This document shows positions 1 to 14,200 of a stretch of DNA of 64,000 bases, piece by piece. Below the pieces are notes generated by a model, which saw only the letters and a list, made by a program, of their open reading frames with translations, had not been told where the DNA came from and did not search any database. The first letter of the stretch is position 1; every line of letters begins with the position of its first letter. A program made the position numbers and the translations under genes. Where the stretch lies: NCBI GenBank assembly GCA_964035545.1, contig OZ037771.1:3049628-3113627 (forward strand). Reading direction: 5' to 3'. Origin of the DNA: Bugula neritina. Taxonomy: Eukaryota; Animalia; Bryozoa.

Positions 1-138
1 TACTTGAAAGAGTGGTAATAACTGACAATAACTGAATATTACTAGATTCTTCCTATAATGGTGAGAATACTGGGAAGCATTGTCTGTTTTGCTACTTTTA
101 GTTTGCTTTGCATACTGCCATATTAGATTTCACTAAAA

Positions 139-1187
<1,049 letters not shown>

Positions 1188-1692
1188 CACTAATAAATCA
1201 AAACTCATTGTGAAATAGTTTCTCAATCTTGGTGATAACAAGAATACAGCAGTTATTAATGTTTGTTTTATTATGCTTATTCATCTCAGTCATCAACGAT
1301 TTCCGAGTATGTGGGCATGAAGATTCTCTGTTGAAAAGTGCTATTTTCAATACTCCCCAAGAAGTTTATGCCATTATTGTATTATTATTAACTTTTTTAT
1401 TTTCTATTGATGACTAAATTTTTGAGAGTTACTAACAAAGTTTGTAAATTAAACACCAGTATTGACTTATAAGACAGATAATCATAGTCATAATAGAGTA
1501 TGGCTTTCGTATTGACTTCATGGCTCTTTGTTTTAAGCATTGTTTGCTTCATTGTTGAAGCAGAGCCACCGCAGTTTTCATTGTTTATTCTTGAAAATAT
1601 TGTTATCTTATTGATGTGTGTTTGAATATTTCTTGTAACTCCCACTTTAGCAGTGAAAGGCTGTGTAAATAAAGCAACAAGTCAACTAACTG

Positions 1693-4600
1693 ATGGCTTA
1701 CTATTTTCAACTTTTGATATCTTTATTCTCTCTGAATGTTGTTCCAGGTAAGTTCTGTTACCGTAGCATACCCTTACCAATAATATTTAATAAATATGTT
1801 TATATTACTATTATATTTAGTCATTATTTAAATGTAATGCTAATAACTCTGTTAAACCATTAGAATTGTGTTTCACAAGGCAATAATGTTGATATTTATT
1901 TGAAATATTTGAGCTTTTGTTCTAATTAATAACTAAAGCTTACTTGAATTGCAAAATTTAACTCATCATTCTCATAGCCATTATCAAACATGACATTGTA
2001 AATCATTTTTTTATATATTTTGTATTATATACTATAGGCAGCGAGATATCCTCCAGTTGCAACACAACCCAGTGCCCGGACAACAGCAATTGCATACTTG
2101 TAACACAATATGGCGTAGGTCCAAAGAAACCAACCTGCAAGTGTATGAAAGGGTACACTGGGAAGTTATGCAACACCAGAGAGGGCAAACTTGCTACTCT
2201 GCATCATGAATGCAGGTATGTTTGTAGCAGTGATGTAGCTAAAAAAGTGTTTGTCGTGTTAAAAATGGTGATGTTGAGTCCTTTATTAGTTCTAAGGTAA
2301 CTTATTGTCTATGGTTGGCGCCTTAATTGAGCTTCAATCCATTTATCTAACTATGCTATTCAATAAATTACCAAGTATTTCAAGGCAGACATACTAATGA
2401 TTCTTGGACTAACATCTAGCTATAGCCTATCTTATTGATAGCAAAGAATTATTAGTATGGTACACTTGTGTTTAATGGGTTTTTAGTATATCAAGTAGAC
2501 ATTTCTGGTTTAACTATTGATTATTTTAAACATTTTTTGTTATTATTAGTCATATTTAAGAAAGCATGAAGTCTGAAAGTTCAAAAACAAATCAAAAATG
2601 TATTTGTTTTTGTAGGAATGGTGGTCGCCCCATGCCTTGTTATAGCGAAACATTTCATTGCAACGTTCCCAAGACGTGCATCTGTCCACCCGGTTACACA
2701 GGCAACCTCTGTGAATACGAAATCTGTGAGAATTCTGTGGGTGGTTTTTGTTGGAATGGTGTGTGTGAAGAGACATTAGGATGCCTTTGTTTTCCTAGTT
2801 TCTATGGCAACCAATGCGAATACAAAGCCTGTACTCGTCCCAATAGGTAACTTCCTGAGCTCCATTGTATAGTTTTATGCTAATGGTAACATTAAAGGCT
2901 TTCAAAAGCCATTTTATTTACAGCAAACTGCCCATTTGCAATTTACATATTTTCAATATGATATTTTCAAAAGGCCTCCAATTCGATGTGTACATGGTAA
3001 TTGTGTCAATGGTATTTGCCAATGTTCTCCGGGTTATTCTGGCCCAACATGTGAAGAACTCAGTTGTAACGGATTTCAGTGTCTCAACACAGCCGAGTGT
3101 GTCCTTGGTAAATGCGTCTGCCAGAAAGGGTATTTTGGTAAGTGGTGTTGGATCATACGTCTCATCTCATTTGACAATGAATTAAAGTAGTTTGTTTCCA
3201 ATCACTATGACTCTTTTATTTGCTGTTAGGTTTAAACTGTGAAATGAAGATTTGCCCCGTGACGTTCCGATCTTGTTATCGAGGTGATTGCTCTCCTACA
3301 GGAATGTGCGCTTGTTACTCGGGCTATGTAGGTGAACATTGTCAATACGTCAGGTGCGGAGACACAACCTGTAGTATTTTCTCCAAATGTAATCAGAATG
3401 CGCTGAATGGTACCAGCGTATGCAGCTGCACTAGCAGATACAGCGGGGATGCGTGTGATATAGGTGAGTCAGCGTGTGATATAGGTGAGTCAGCGTGCGA
3501 TATAGGTGAGTCAGCGTGCGATATAGGTGAGTCAGCGTGTGATATAGGTGAGTCAGCGTGTGATATAGGTGAGTTAGTGTGTACGATATAGGTTAGTCAA
3601 TGTTCGAAATAGGTGAATGAGTGTGATATAGGTGAATGACTGAGTGAAGTTACTAAAGTTGAGCTAAATTGAGCAAGAATTTACTATAACCCATTTTCAA
3701 TATCTTGACAACATTTACAGAAACTCGACATAAAAAGCAGTGGTTGCATCAACTTACTTTTATGGTTTTGTGTTGATAAAGTAATGGGTTATCGAATATC
3801 AGAAACTTATTCACTTATCACCATGCAGCTAAGACTAACAGAAATATAACGATGGTTTTCATACAATTAAAAAATTTTCAGATAAATTGAAAAAATAAAT
3901 TTGTTTCTCAATCAACGACATAGATATTCAAACTTTTTATTAATTGGTTTACAGCTTTTCTTTTACACTACATCCTTTTCAGTTAAAGCTAACTACTAAA
4001 GTATGCTTTTTTATTGCAGAACCACAACAATGCGGATCAAAAAGTTTTTTGCCCAAATATTGTCACAATAATGCAATGTGCAAGCAAAAGTACTGTCATT
4101 GTCAAGGAAATTACACCGGCGAGTCCTGTGACGAACCGAAACCAAAATGTGGAAGCGAATATTGCAAAGAAAATCAGTTCTTCCTGAATGGACAATGTGA
4201 GTAATTAAACATACCTACTTTTGATATTGACTAGGGACCCGTTGCCCAGCATCTGTTGTCTATTAGAAGGTATATTCTGTGCGCTAAGACCACTTTCTGT
4301 CATTTCGTGATTTCACTTAAATTGTCATTGTATGCAAACAGAATGAAGCTGTATTATGATACTTCAAGTCTAAAGAAATTGGCATTTTTGTGTTGATTCA
4401 AATTTTTCGGCATAACATCAGTAAGCCACAATAGATTTGATTCACATCACACTTTTGTGAATGAGAATCTGTACACTTGAAGGTTGCGACAAGGATGGAC
4501 TAACTCAATGCACACCTCAGCTAAAGTATGATGAAGGGAAGGGTGGATCACTAACAGTTCAATCAATTCCATGGTAGGCTGAAACTATTTGGTCTCTGTG

Positions 4601-6229
4601 ATAGTCATTTGCTATTAAATACAACTTATGCAGCTGTGTTTATTAACAAATAAAACTGATGAAATGTCTCTTTTAGTTTAATAGAACGTGTAATTATTTA
4701 GTAATTATCACCTGAAACATGCATTCATAATATCAACTGTTTGAAGCTAGTACAGCACTTATATATTGTACAATATTTGTGGTTTCATAAATGCAAATTC
4801 TACTTCTTCCCTTTTAACTACAGGCACTGGACATTTCTAATATCTATGTTTGTGGTGGGCGCAGGTGCTGTTCTCATCACAATGTCTGTAGTGTGTAGAA
4901 GTAGTGCCCAAGCTAAACATGAGAGGAGTTCTCCTCAGAACACACACTCTGTACTTTCTCCCAGGAAGACTCTCCTGTAAGTTAATGCAAGCTGCTTCAG
5001 ATATCCTTGTGTAGAGCTGAGACACAGTTATATTCTCAAATTCAGTAACAATTCCTCTATAAGATGTGCAATAGATCCAAAACACATATCTGCAACTGAT
5101 GTCTGTTTCACTTATTTCATATGTACTATAATTTTTCACCATAGACCTTACAGTGATATACAGTTATTTACATGAACAATGCTTTGAACTGTTTATACTT
5201 TCAAATGAATGAAGGGTTTTACAAATCTGTTTAATATTTAGCAGTCTATTTTAATGACAAACGGCATTTTAAAATTTGTGAGCAGTACAAAGTATGACCT
5301 TGTGCTGGCAATATGACTTCCAGAATTCTAAAACTGAATAAGTATTCTAGTATCCTAGTATTACCGTAGTTGGGATACCAACTGTTCTTGACTCTACGAT
5401 CAGATACTTGAGGTTCACCCTGATTGCAGTAGTACTACAAGGACTACTTATTCTTTCAGTACTCCGACAAATTTTCAGATCAAAGGTTAAGACGGTAGTT
5501 TAAAATTCAACAAAAGATTTTTAATATCATGGTAACTGAGACTATTGGCAACTAGTAAATTTATCACTCTTTTCACTGCAACCATCATGTTACAGAGAGC
5601 CAACTCCCCACCCACTGAGTGTAGCCGTCACAACGTCACGCGGCAGACTAAGCGTAAATGCTCAACGCCTGTCAATGACCAAGTAAGGCAACTTCAACAC
5701 GTGATGATTTTTGAAAATTTGTTTGAAATATATTTATTAAACAAGTAGTTTTAGCTTTTCGCAACTCTAGACTCTTTATTAAGTAACACAGGAAGGATGG
5801 TGCTGTGATGCCCTTTCCGACCTCTTGACGAAGTCAATTTATGAAGTCAATTCATGAACATTAAAGTGCTACTATTCCTCACAAAGCTTCAGTCAAATGC
5901 TTAAAGAGGTTTATTCATTGCTCTAAACTTGTAAATATTTTCATTCTATCTTCTTTAGATCAAGAAAGTCAACTCCAAAAAGAGGCTCTGCTCTCTCACA
6001 TTTTGCCAGTCACGCGTTGTGCTATAGAGAGTCTACGGACTCTCTCCCGGTACAAACCCCTCACACCCCCACAACAATATATTCGCCTGCGCAGTCGGAC
6101 ACCGGGCTCGCGACTCTCGACATGGGGTTCGTAACTCCTGACACCCCAATGAGAGTCAGTTCTTCAGACGAACTATCCGCAGATAGGGAGACTTCAGAAG
6201 AGAGTTCTGAATTTAAAGCCGACCCGTAA
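1693..6229 (+). CDS. Type I membrane protein with multiple tenascin/teneurin-style EGF-like repeats; approximate exons 1693-1747, 2038-2215, 2616-2846, 2973-3137, 3230-3463, 4020-4196, 4483-4572, 4824-4976, 5596-5681, 5959-6229
   Basis: Signal-peptide exon MAYYFQLLISLFSLNVVP; about ten CxCxxGYxGxxC EGF motifs; hydrophobic segment WTFLISMFVVGAGAVLITMSVVC; S/T/P-rich tail ending EESSEFKADP*; GT-AG junctions in compatible phases where checked. Confidence 0.82.
3451..3576 (+). repeat. 21-bp minisatellite (GCGTGTGATATAG|GTGAGTCA) x6 spanning a 5' splice site
   Basis: Units start at 3451 with 21-bp period; donors at 3464, 3485, 3506, 3527, 3548, 3569; degenerate copies continue to ~3640. Confidence 0.95.
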
Positions 6230-6750
6230 TCGTTTGAGTGAATGTAAATGGCAAGTTGGTTTGACATGTGATACAAACAAAAGATAGTGTGTAAAATGTA
6301 TGAGCAAATTGTATTTTAATCATTAGCCACAGATTGTGGAGAATTGCAACTTTTAAGGTGTTACAAGCCTAGCACAACTTTATATATTATATCCGACACA
6401 CTCTAATATATGTTCTTTGTTAACTCAGAAATGTTGGTACTTACTTGCACATTTAATTGATGTTTTAGATGCAAAATTACAATTCAAAATGTATATTTTA
6501 ATAGAAAATTACTTGTGCGACAGAAATATTTGAGTAGAATATAATAATTTTTTTATAAGCAATTTTAAGTTACAATATTTACACTAATTGTACAAGGAAG
6601 ACATTTACAGCTACAACCAAAACCTGAGTGAACGTTGGCGAGTCTCACAGCATTATACACTTGTACTCATCTCTGCACTCAATCAATATGATACACTATC
6701 GACACAGTAAGAGTGAATGAACGAGTTACTAACACCGTATTCTCAGAATC

Positions 6751-9700
6751 TCAGCTGTCGTTGAGCAAAGCTTCAATTTCATTTGCCGAAGATGGCAGAG
6801 CAGATGTGAGATTTTCATAACCATCTTCGGTGATGAGTATATTGTCCTCTATACGTATTCCTATACCTCTCATTTCTTTTGGCACTCGCTCGTCATTCTC
6901 ACCAAAGTACATGCCTAACCAAAAGAAGGATAACTCCTAATAATTATGACATTCAACACATGATCGCAAATGATAACACACCAGGTATAAGCCCTTATGG
7001 ATTGCAAATGTATTCTGTACGTCCATTTTTGATACAAATCATTCATTGATACAACAAACAAAATAATCCACAACTATCAATTAGCGTTAGCGAACATTCA
7101 CAGCTTTATACAGTTTTTTATTCAAAAGAGTTTTAATATTTCATTGAACATATGACATGGAAAGACAACTCTATATAATGCAACTATTACCTGGTTCAAT
7201 ACAGATTACTTGGTGAGGTTCTAGTTTCTTGGCTCTCGACATAGAAGGCGTGTCATGTACATCCATACCTAGCCAGTGACCAACATGATGAGGGCATATT
7301 TGATAGGCCAACTAAAACCAGCAACTGAATGTGAGTGGCTAGCCGCAGCAAAATACATGTTTCCAATAGACAAAGCAAACAAAGTATACAACTATAAATC
7401 CACTTAGTATAGTAATTATTGTATTGATATATAGTATACATGAGAAATTCATCTACAGATATATAAGACAATGCAACCTTAGAGTGGTATGATAATCACA
7501 CTACTAAATAATAAGAACCCTTAAAAACATTTAAAAATGACAAATCAATTTACAAGTATTCGAGAGAAAACAACTTCAGAGTGTACACTCGAGGTGAAGA
7601 CAACTCCTACAACTAACATTAAAACTGAATGATTTACCTGCGACAGCTGTTTATCAGACATGCTGCCGCTAGCCACTCCGAGTCTAATCAACTGCTTGGC
7701 TGTCAGAGCCATCATAATGGAGTAGATATCATCCAGACTGTACTCTCCGGCTTTACAGAACTGTATGCATGTGTTGTAGATCTCCTCTACAGCTTCGTAC
7801 ATCTCTCTCTGTGCTGCCGTAAACCTACCTACACAGTATGTGCTATGTACAGAAACCTACTTACACAGTATGTGGTATGTACAGAAACCTACCTGCACAG
7901 TGTGTGGTATGTACAGAAACCTACCTGCACAGTGTGTGGTATGTACAGAAACCTACCTACACAGTATGTGCTATGTACAGAAACCTACCTACACAGTATG
8001 TGGTATGTACAGAAACCTACCTGCACAGTATGTGGTATGTACAGAAACCTACCTACACAGTATGTGGTATGTACAGAAACCTACCTGCACAGTATGTGGT
8101 ATGTACAGAAACCTACCTACACAGTATGTGGTATGTACAGAAACCTACCTGTGCAGTGTGTGGTATGTACAGAAACCTACCTACACAGTATGTGGTATGT
8201 ACAGAAACCTACCTGTGCAGTGTGTGGTATGTACAGAAACCTACCTACACAGTATGTGGTATGTACAGAAACTTACCTTCACAGTATGTGGTATGTACAG
8301 AAACCTACCTACACAGGAATTCTGGTTGCAAGTCAACATGATAATATCAAGCCATTTGGGACATCATTGAGTATTATATTATATTATATAACTGTTTGTC
8401 AAAGTACATATTCAAAATATCTGATAAAATATAGTCGAGTGTGAAAAGATCTTTTAAGAGCCTGGGCTACATTCTTATTTAAAACACAAACTATAATCCC
8501 ACAAAACGAAAAGAAGTTTTTAACAATCTTTAAAATTATTTCAATGCTTCAACTGAATGACAAATGTAGATCTGATACACACAAGACGACACGCTAATTT
8601 AGCAGAAAAAAACAAAGTGGACTCAGTAGATGTAACCTCACCACTGACTGGCCACGTTCTTGTCACGTCCGACACGTAGCCATGAAGGTCACACCCACAG
8701 TCAACCAACACCATAGAGTCTGAGGCTATAGCCTGATCATTCCTTATATAATGTATAGCTAGAGCATTCTTACCTCCTGAAAATAAGAGCAGACTGTAGC
8801 ATTATACTTAAAATTATATCTATTGTTACAATAATAACAATGCTTGCCAATGTATTATTATAATAAAACAAAATGAAACAAACATGCTTAATTAAAATAA
8901 CCATGATCAACGTAAATTAAAATGATAAATAAGTCAAATCTTGCTAAATTACCTGCAATAACAGGTAAATAGGCCAAGTTGCTAGCACCATTTATTCTAC
9001 ATTCGTAATCAAATTTAGCAAAGAGGGCGTGCTCATCTGGCTACAACACAAAACACGCTATCCTGCAACAACAAACTCGTCAGCTAAAACAAAAATTTAA
9101 AAAACTTTATCATAACAAATAACAGCTAAATTATACAAAAAACCTGACTTTACTGATAACAAAGCTCTGCAATTATAACATCCTGTGTAACCGATGCAGA
9201 ATTTTATTATTGACTTGATACTCACGTGTTCGACAGAGAACTTCATACTGTCTATGAACATCTCCGAAGTCAAATCACTGCACTTTCGCATCAAGTCTCT
9301 CTCAGCCTCTGATTTCACTAGCCTCAAACTTTCAATATAACTGTCAGCATTTCTACAGAGTAACAACATCACCAGCAAATAGGTTGGCTACACTCAAACC
9401 TTACTAACAGTAGGTTGAAAGTATTTATCTAAAGCTATTGAAACAATAAATCAAAAACATTATACAACAAAAGTTTAAATTGATTTTGTTTAAAGCCACA
9501 AATGCTTTGAAGTTGTCCTCTCGCTGATTCAGTGCTTACTCATTGGGCAATTATTCTTTGTTGAACAGATTATTAAAGAGAATTTATAAATCTACACCAA
9601 CGGCAAAGCTCCATGGACTCTATGGTGCTACACTCACCTAATATTTGACGGCTGCACACGTCTGACTAGAGGTTCAAGGTACTTGCTGTGTAGACTGGGA

Positions 9701-10749
9701 CTGACAGGTGTCGTCTGGTTGTACCACAGCAATGTGTCTTCATTCTGTACAGACAATATATAGTATACATGTGTATAGAATAAGTATAATAGCTGTAATA
9801 AAAAAGCGTCACAGACTTACAACTACACTTACAACAGCTGAATGTATTAGACTAGTTTCCAGCTTCTTGATATTCTCAGTTCTATCTACACCAGTGAGTT
9901 GGAGAGCTCCATTCGCCCCTGACCTTTGACCTTCCCATATATTTTCATGTGCCGAGTGTTCCTTCACAAAGAGAGTGCTGTGGTGTCCTGTGTTATCTAT
10001 CTCCATCACCAAAACACTTTCGTTTTCTAAGAACCCTGCAGTAATCCCAAAAAGATATTGGGATTGCTGGAAGTCACAATATGTTTAGTTATAAATTCTT
10101 ACTTGATGAAGTGACTTGAAACAGCACAAGTTTAAGTATAAATTCTAGCATTTATATACAAATGAAAGGTTTATCTGACTAGAAGATCGATTGAAATCAG
10201 TCTGACATTTGTTAGGTTCTGTAAAATGAATGCTTTCAGCTTTGCTTTTTGCTAAATATTAATATTTAGACGTGAAAGAGAAACTCTACCTGATAAATAT
10301 CTCATATTGCTGTGCTGCCGATAAATAAAGGGCACTCCCGCTGCCATATAACTCCTATCGTGAGACGGAACAACCACCACATGTCGTTTGCTTGTGTCTA
10401 CACATTAACAGACTAAATACAATCTGAAGACAAGTCTAACACTTATGATATGTTACAGAAAAAGTAAACAGGCATACAAGAAACAACAATTTTTTATGAG
10501 CAACTTTTCAAATGTCTAGTAAAAGTGTACAAATATGTACCGGGTCTACAAACCATAGGAGCTAATAACATCAGCTAGCTTATCCCTCCTGCCTCTGTAC
10601 TCCTGTACAGTTATGCGTGGAGTCACTTCATTTGAGGCTATTAAATCAGGGTGTGTTGCATGACTGGGCTGACCTAATGTTAGCCTAGCACAGCCATGAA
10701 GGCATCGTCTCCCGTTACCAAGCAACAAAGAATGTGCCAATGAGTTCAT
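6751..10749 (-). CDS. XPNPEP3: Xaa-Pro aminopeptidase 3 (mitochondrial Icp55-like), multi-exon
   Basis: [24 protein letters not shown]-terminal motif; [12 protein letters not shown]; RLVKSEAE; [22 protein letters not shown]; [15 protein letters not shown]; IEPGMYF; [14 protein letters not shown] (M24B metal ligands); presequence-like start [17 protein letters not shown]. Confidence 0.95.
7821..8316 (-). repeat. 32-bp minisatellite x15.5 spanning the XPNPEP3 3' splice site (minus-strand unit ...TACTGTGTAG|GTAGGTTTCTGTAC)
   Basis: Plus-strand unit AAACCTACCTACACAGTATGTGGTATGTACAG; the copy at 7821-7830 supplies the real acceptor and the first codons (G-R-F) of the exon. Confidence 0.95.
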
Positions 10750-11281
10750 CTTCTATTGTAGAACTAAACCTAGAGTACATGATAGAGCATTATTCTCAAT
10801 ATAACCATGAGTAACCGACTGGCAAAAAATCAACAGACACACGTTGCCTTTAGAAACAAAATGATACCACGGTTTCTTTATAGCAATATAACACAGTGAC
10901 AAAATCTAACACGCACATTGTCACATGTAAATGTGATCTAAAATGTCACATTGAATTTTCAATACAAAAGCGATACAATACAACTCCGATTAGGTTAATA
11001 AGATACTTGAATTACTATAAAAACTACCATGTGTTAGCATAGTAGCAGCTGCAATAATGATTGGCTGAATGTGTGCAAAAATATTTAACTTTTAAAGAAA
11101 TTCAGATAAATTGAATGAGAACAACAAAAACGACATTCTATTCTCCAAATACTAATATATTTCTATAAAATATAGTATATGCAACAATTTGAATTTAACA
11201 TCTTACATCATGGTTACTTAAGCATTATCATATTTATTATATTTCACAGTAATTGTAAGTGAGCATCGATTAATATATTAA

Positions 11282-14200
11282 ACATCGTAGGCATCCAGGT
11301 TATTTTGATAAAATCAATTACTGTTAATTAAAAGATCATACTTTTTTAGTTGCATTCACAAAATATATACAAAAAATCTCAACTCAATATACCAGAAAAA
11401 ATGAATTAAAATATATGTGTTAATAGCACTGAGATTGACGTGACCGTGGCACATGAAAAATCTGAAAGAAGAGTTGTCTTCTATTTTTCTATATTGATAT
11501 ATAGAGCTTGTCGTGAAAATGAAGATTTTTTAAAAAAAATATTGTGATCCTCTGGTAACTTCCTGAATTTAGAAAATTAACTCATATGTTTCTTTTTATG
11601 TGGACAACAGCTCACTTTTATTTAAATTTATTTTGAAGCTCTTTTCGTAAAAAATAATCAAAAGTAAAAAATCCAAAATTTTTACAAATTGGTTCGGGGC
11701 TTGACGTGAAAGGCATTTGGACGAAGATGTCAAGGTCACCATTAATAAATTTATTTTATCACAATTCACAATACTGCACAGAAAGTTAATGAAGTGGGCT
11801 GAAAATTAGGTTGCTAGCATATTCATATTGATATGCATTATATTGATTGTTACAGTATTATTTTTTAAATGTGTTTTGTTATCAGTTATGTTTAACTTCT
11901 TTATAGAGCTGCTGTTAGACTAAGATTAAGACATAATATTAGCAACAATGAATGATTCAATGATAATATTAATAATTAATATCACTTTAATATTAAATTA
12001 AAATTATTATTAAATTGAAATTCACGGTGACGTATCACTATCACTATGAGTATGAGTATCGTACAAATTAATTATGAGTATGAGTATCACTATGACATTA
12101 ACTCAATCAGTGATTGACTATTACTATGAATATGACTGTGCATAACTCAATGAGAATATCAATATGAATATGGCTTCTAATTCTTGTAACTTTTGACTAT
12201 CACTATGATGATGCTGATAGTGATAATCACTGCCAGCCCAAGTATCATACTCATAGTGATACTATTACTATTGTCTATTAGTATTAATAACTAGTATTAC
12301 TATTAGTACAACTACTAGTACTGTACTAGTATTACTCATAGTTCTGATAATGATGGAGATAATAGTTTTAAAAGTTCTACTTCTACTTTTATAGTAACTG
12401 TGAGCTAGATTGTATATGTTGAACTCTACTCATTTTTTACTACTAATGCTAATACTAATAGTAATAGTAATACTAATAATTATAGTTGTTATAATGATAG
12501 TAATACTAATAGTAATAATAACTATTTCAATTTGATAATTTATGTTTTACAACAGCATTATCGCTTATCAATTACATTGGTTCATAATATGATTATTTTA
12601 ATTTTGCTTTGTGTGTTTTTTCATGTTGTAAATTTAAGTTCGTATGGTTATTTAATGAACTAGAGAACTAGCCAAATGTTATGTACCGATTGCAATAATT
12701 TACTATAAACTCAGTGAAATTTAAAACCTAATTGATATTACTATGACATTGATTGTACAGAGGTAGCTAAAATATACATTAAATTACCAATAATTTTAAC
12801 TCGCCAATACACTATGAGTAGAACAGTCAAATGCAATGATAGAAAATTAATTAGTCATAGCAGCCCGTTGCTTGAGGAACATTGAGCTACAGGTCTAAAA
12901 TGATTTAGTTTTGTGATCCCTTATATAACAAAATAATTTTTTTTAAACTGGTTTAATACTTTTATTATAAACACGCTTATCAAAGTAACATGTTTTTGAT
13001 GTATATTCTATTAAAAAAGCAATCACATCAGGTTTTCAATTTGTATGTTGTACAAAGTTTATTATGGTGACAAGTTACTAAATTATATGGTTCAGCTTTG
13101 TAAAGTAAAGCTGATAAAATAAATACAATTATGTGATTGTTTTACTGCTATATATTAAATTTAAATGAGTTGAATAATATCCTAGTGCATTGAATTAGAT
13201 ATTTTTTTTAGCTTTGGTACACCTGTTTGTTATAGGCTAACATTCCACCAATAGAAGAATGGTGCAAGTAGAAGAAATTTCAGGTGCAGAAAGCTAAGGA
13301 GCAGTCAGAATGCTGCCAGAGTTGTGAAGAGGCACTTGAAAAAGCTGAATTTCAATAATGACATGAAATTCGTAACAGATCACCCTGGTGTAATTGAACT
13401 GACATGGCCAGCAGAGTTCTCGAAGTCACATACAACAGCTATTTACATCATCATGGTTAGCTTAAATGTAATTCCTATATCAGTCTCTAATATATAGTTT
13501 GATATCTGCTGTAAATTCGCTTAAGGAGCATACACATAACCAAAACTGAGTTACACTATAGTATTTGTTCTTGAATATATTTACCAAGATAAGTAGATTT
13601 GCTAATTCATTAACAGTAAAATTATAATGATACAACAATTTTTCTTTTAGATGATTCAATCAATAACATAAGACACTACAACATGGTTTTGCAGTTATAG
13701 AGTATTAATTTTCTGGCTCTTTCCAAATCTTCATAGAAGGCAAAGAAAACCACCGTCAGCTTGCCTTTATAACTGAGTGCACGCGTCTTCCACCTACAGA
13801 TGATGATTAACAATTTGCTGGTGTGGAACTTTCTAATTTTGTTTACAATGAAGATAGATTATAGGACATTATTCTTTATGTAAAGATTGTCAAGTTTTGT
13901 TATAATTAAGAACAGTTTTAGTTTCAATAAATCAGTTCAACATTATGGACATCATTGCACAAACATTTTAATCTTTACTATCTACAAAGGTATCTGATGG
14001 ACTACTTAAAAATACAAAACTATGCTCCAGATACACAATGCACTGACCAGCAAAGTTAAAATGAGTTGGAGATGTAGAACATAATATCTTGTTCAAGGCT
14101 TTTCCCTGCTGTTGGAACCTTCTACTTCAGAACACTGAATTGAACAAACATATGTAGATATATGAAACTTTGCAAAAAATAATAATGTGAAATTAGTTGC

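Noticed and set aside
1288-1415. AGTCATCAA...TTGATGACT 9-bp inverted repeat (MITE or C/D snoRNA)
   Set aside because: Too short, no convincing TSD, and C/D boxes are not in the right order
7629-8444. Long Cys/Tyr-rich ORFs in three plus frames (271, 167, 176 aa), and a CRISPR-like look
   Set aside because: Products of a stop-free 32-bp minisatellite in an XPNPEP3 intron; units are contiguous with no unique spacers and there are no cas genes
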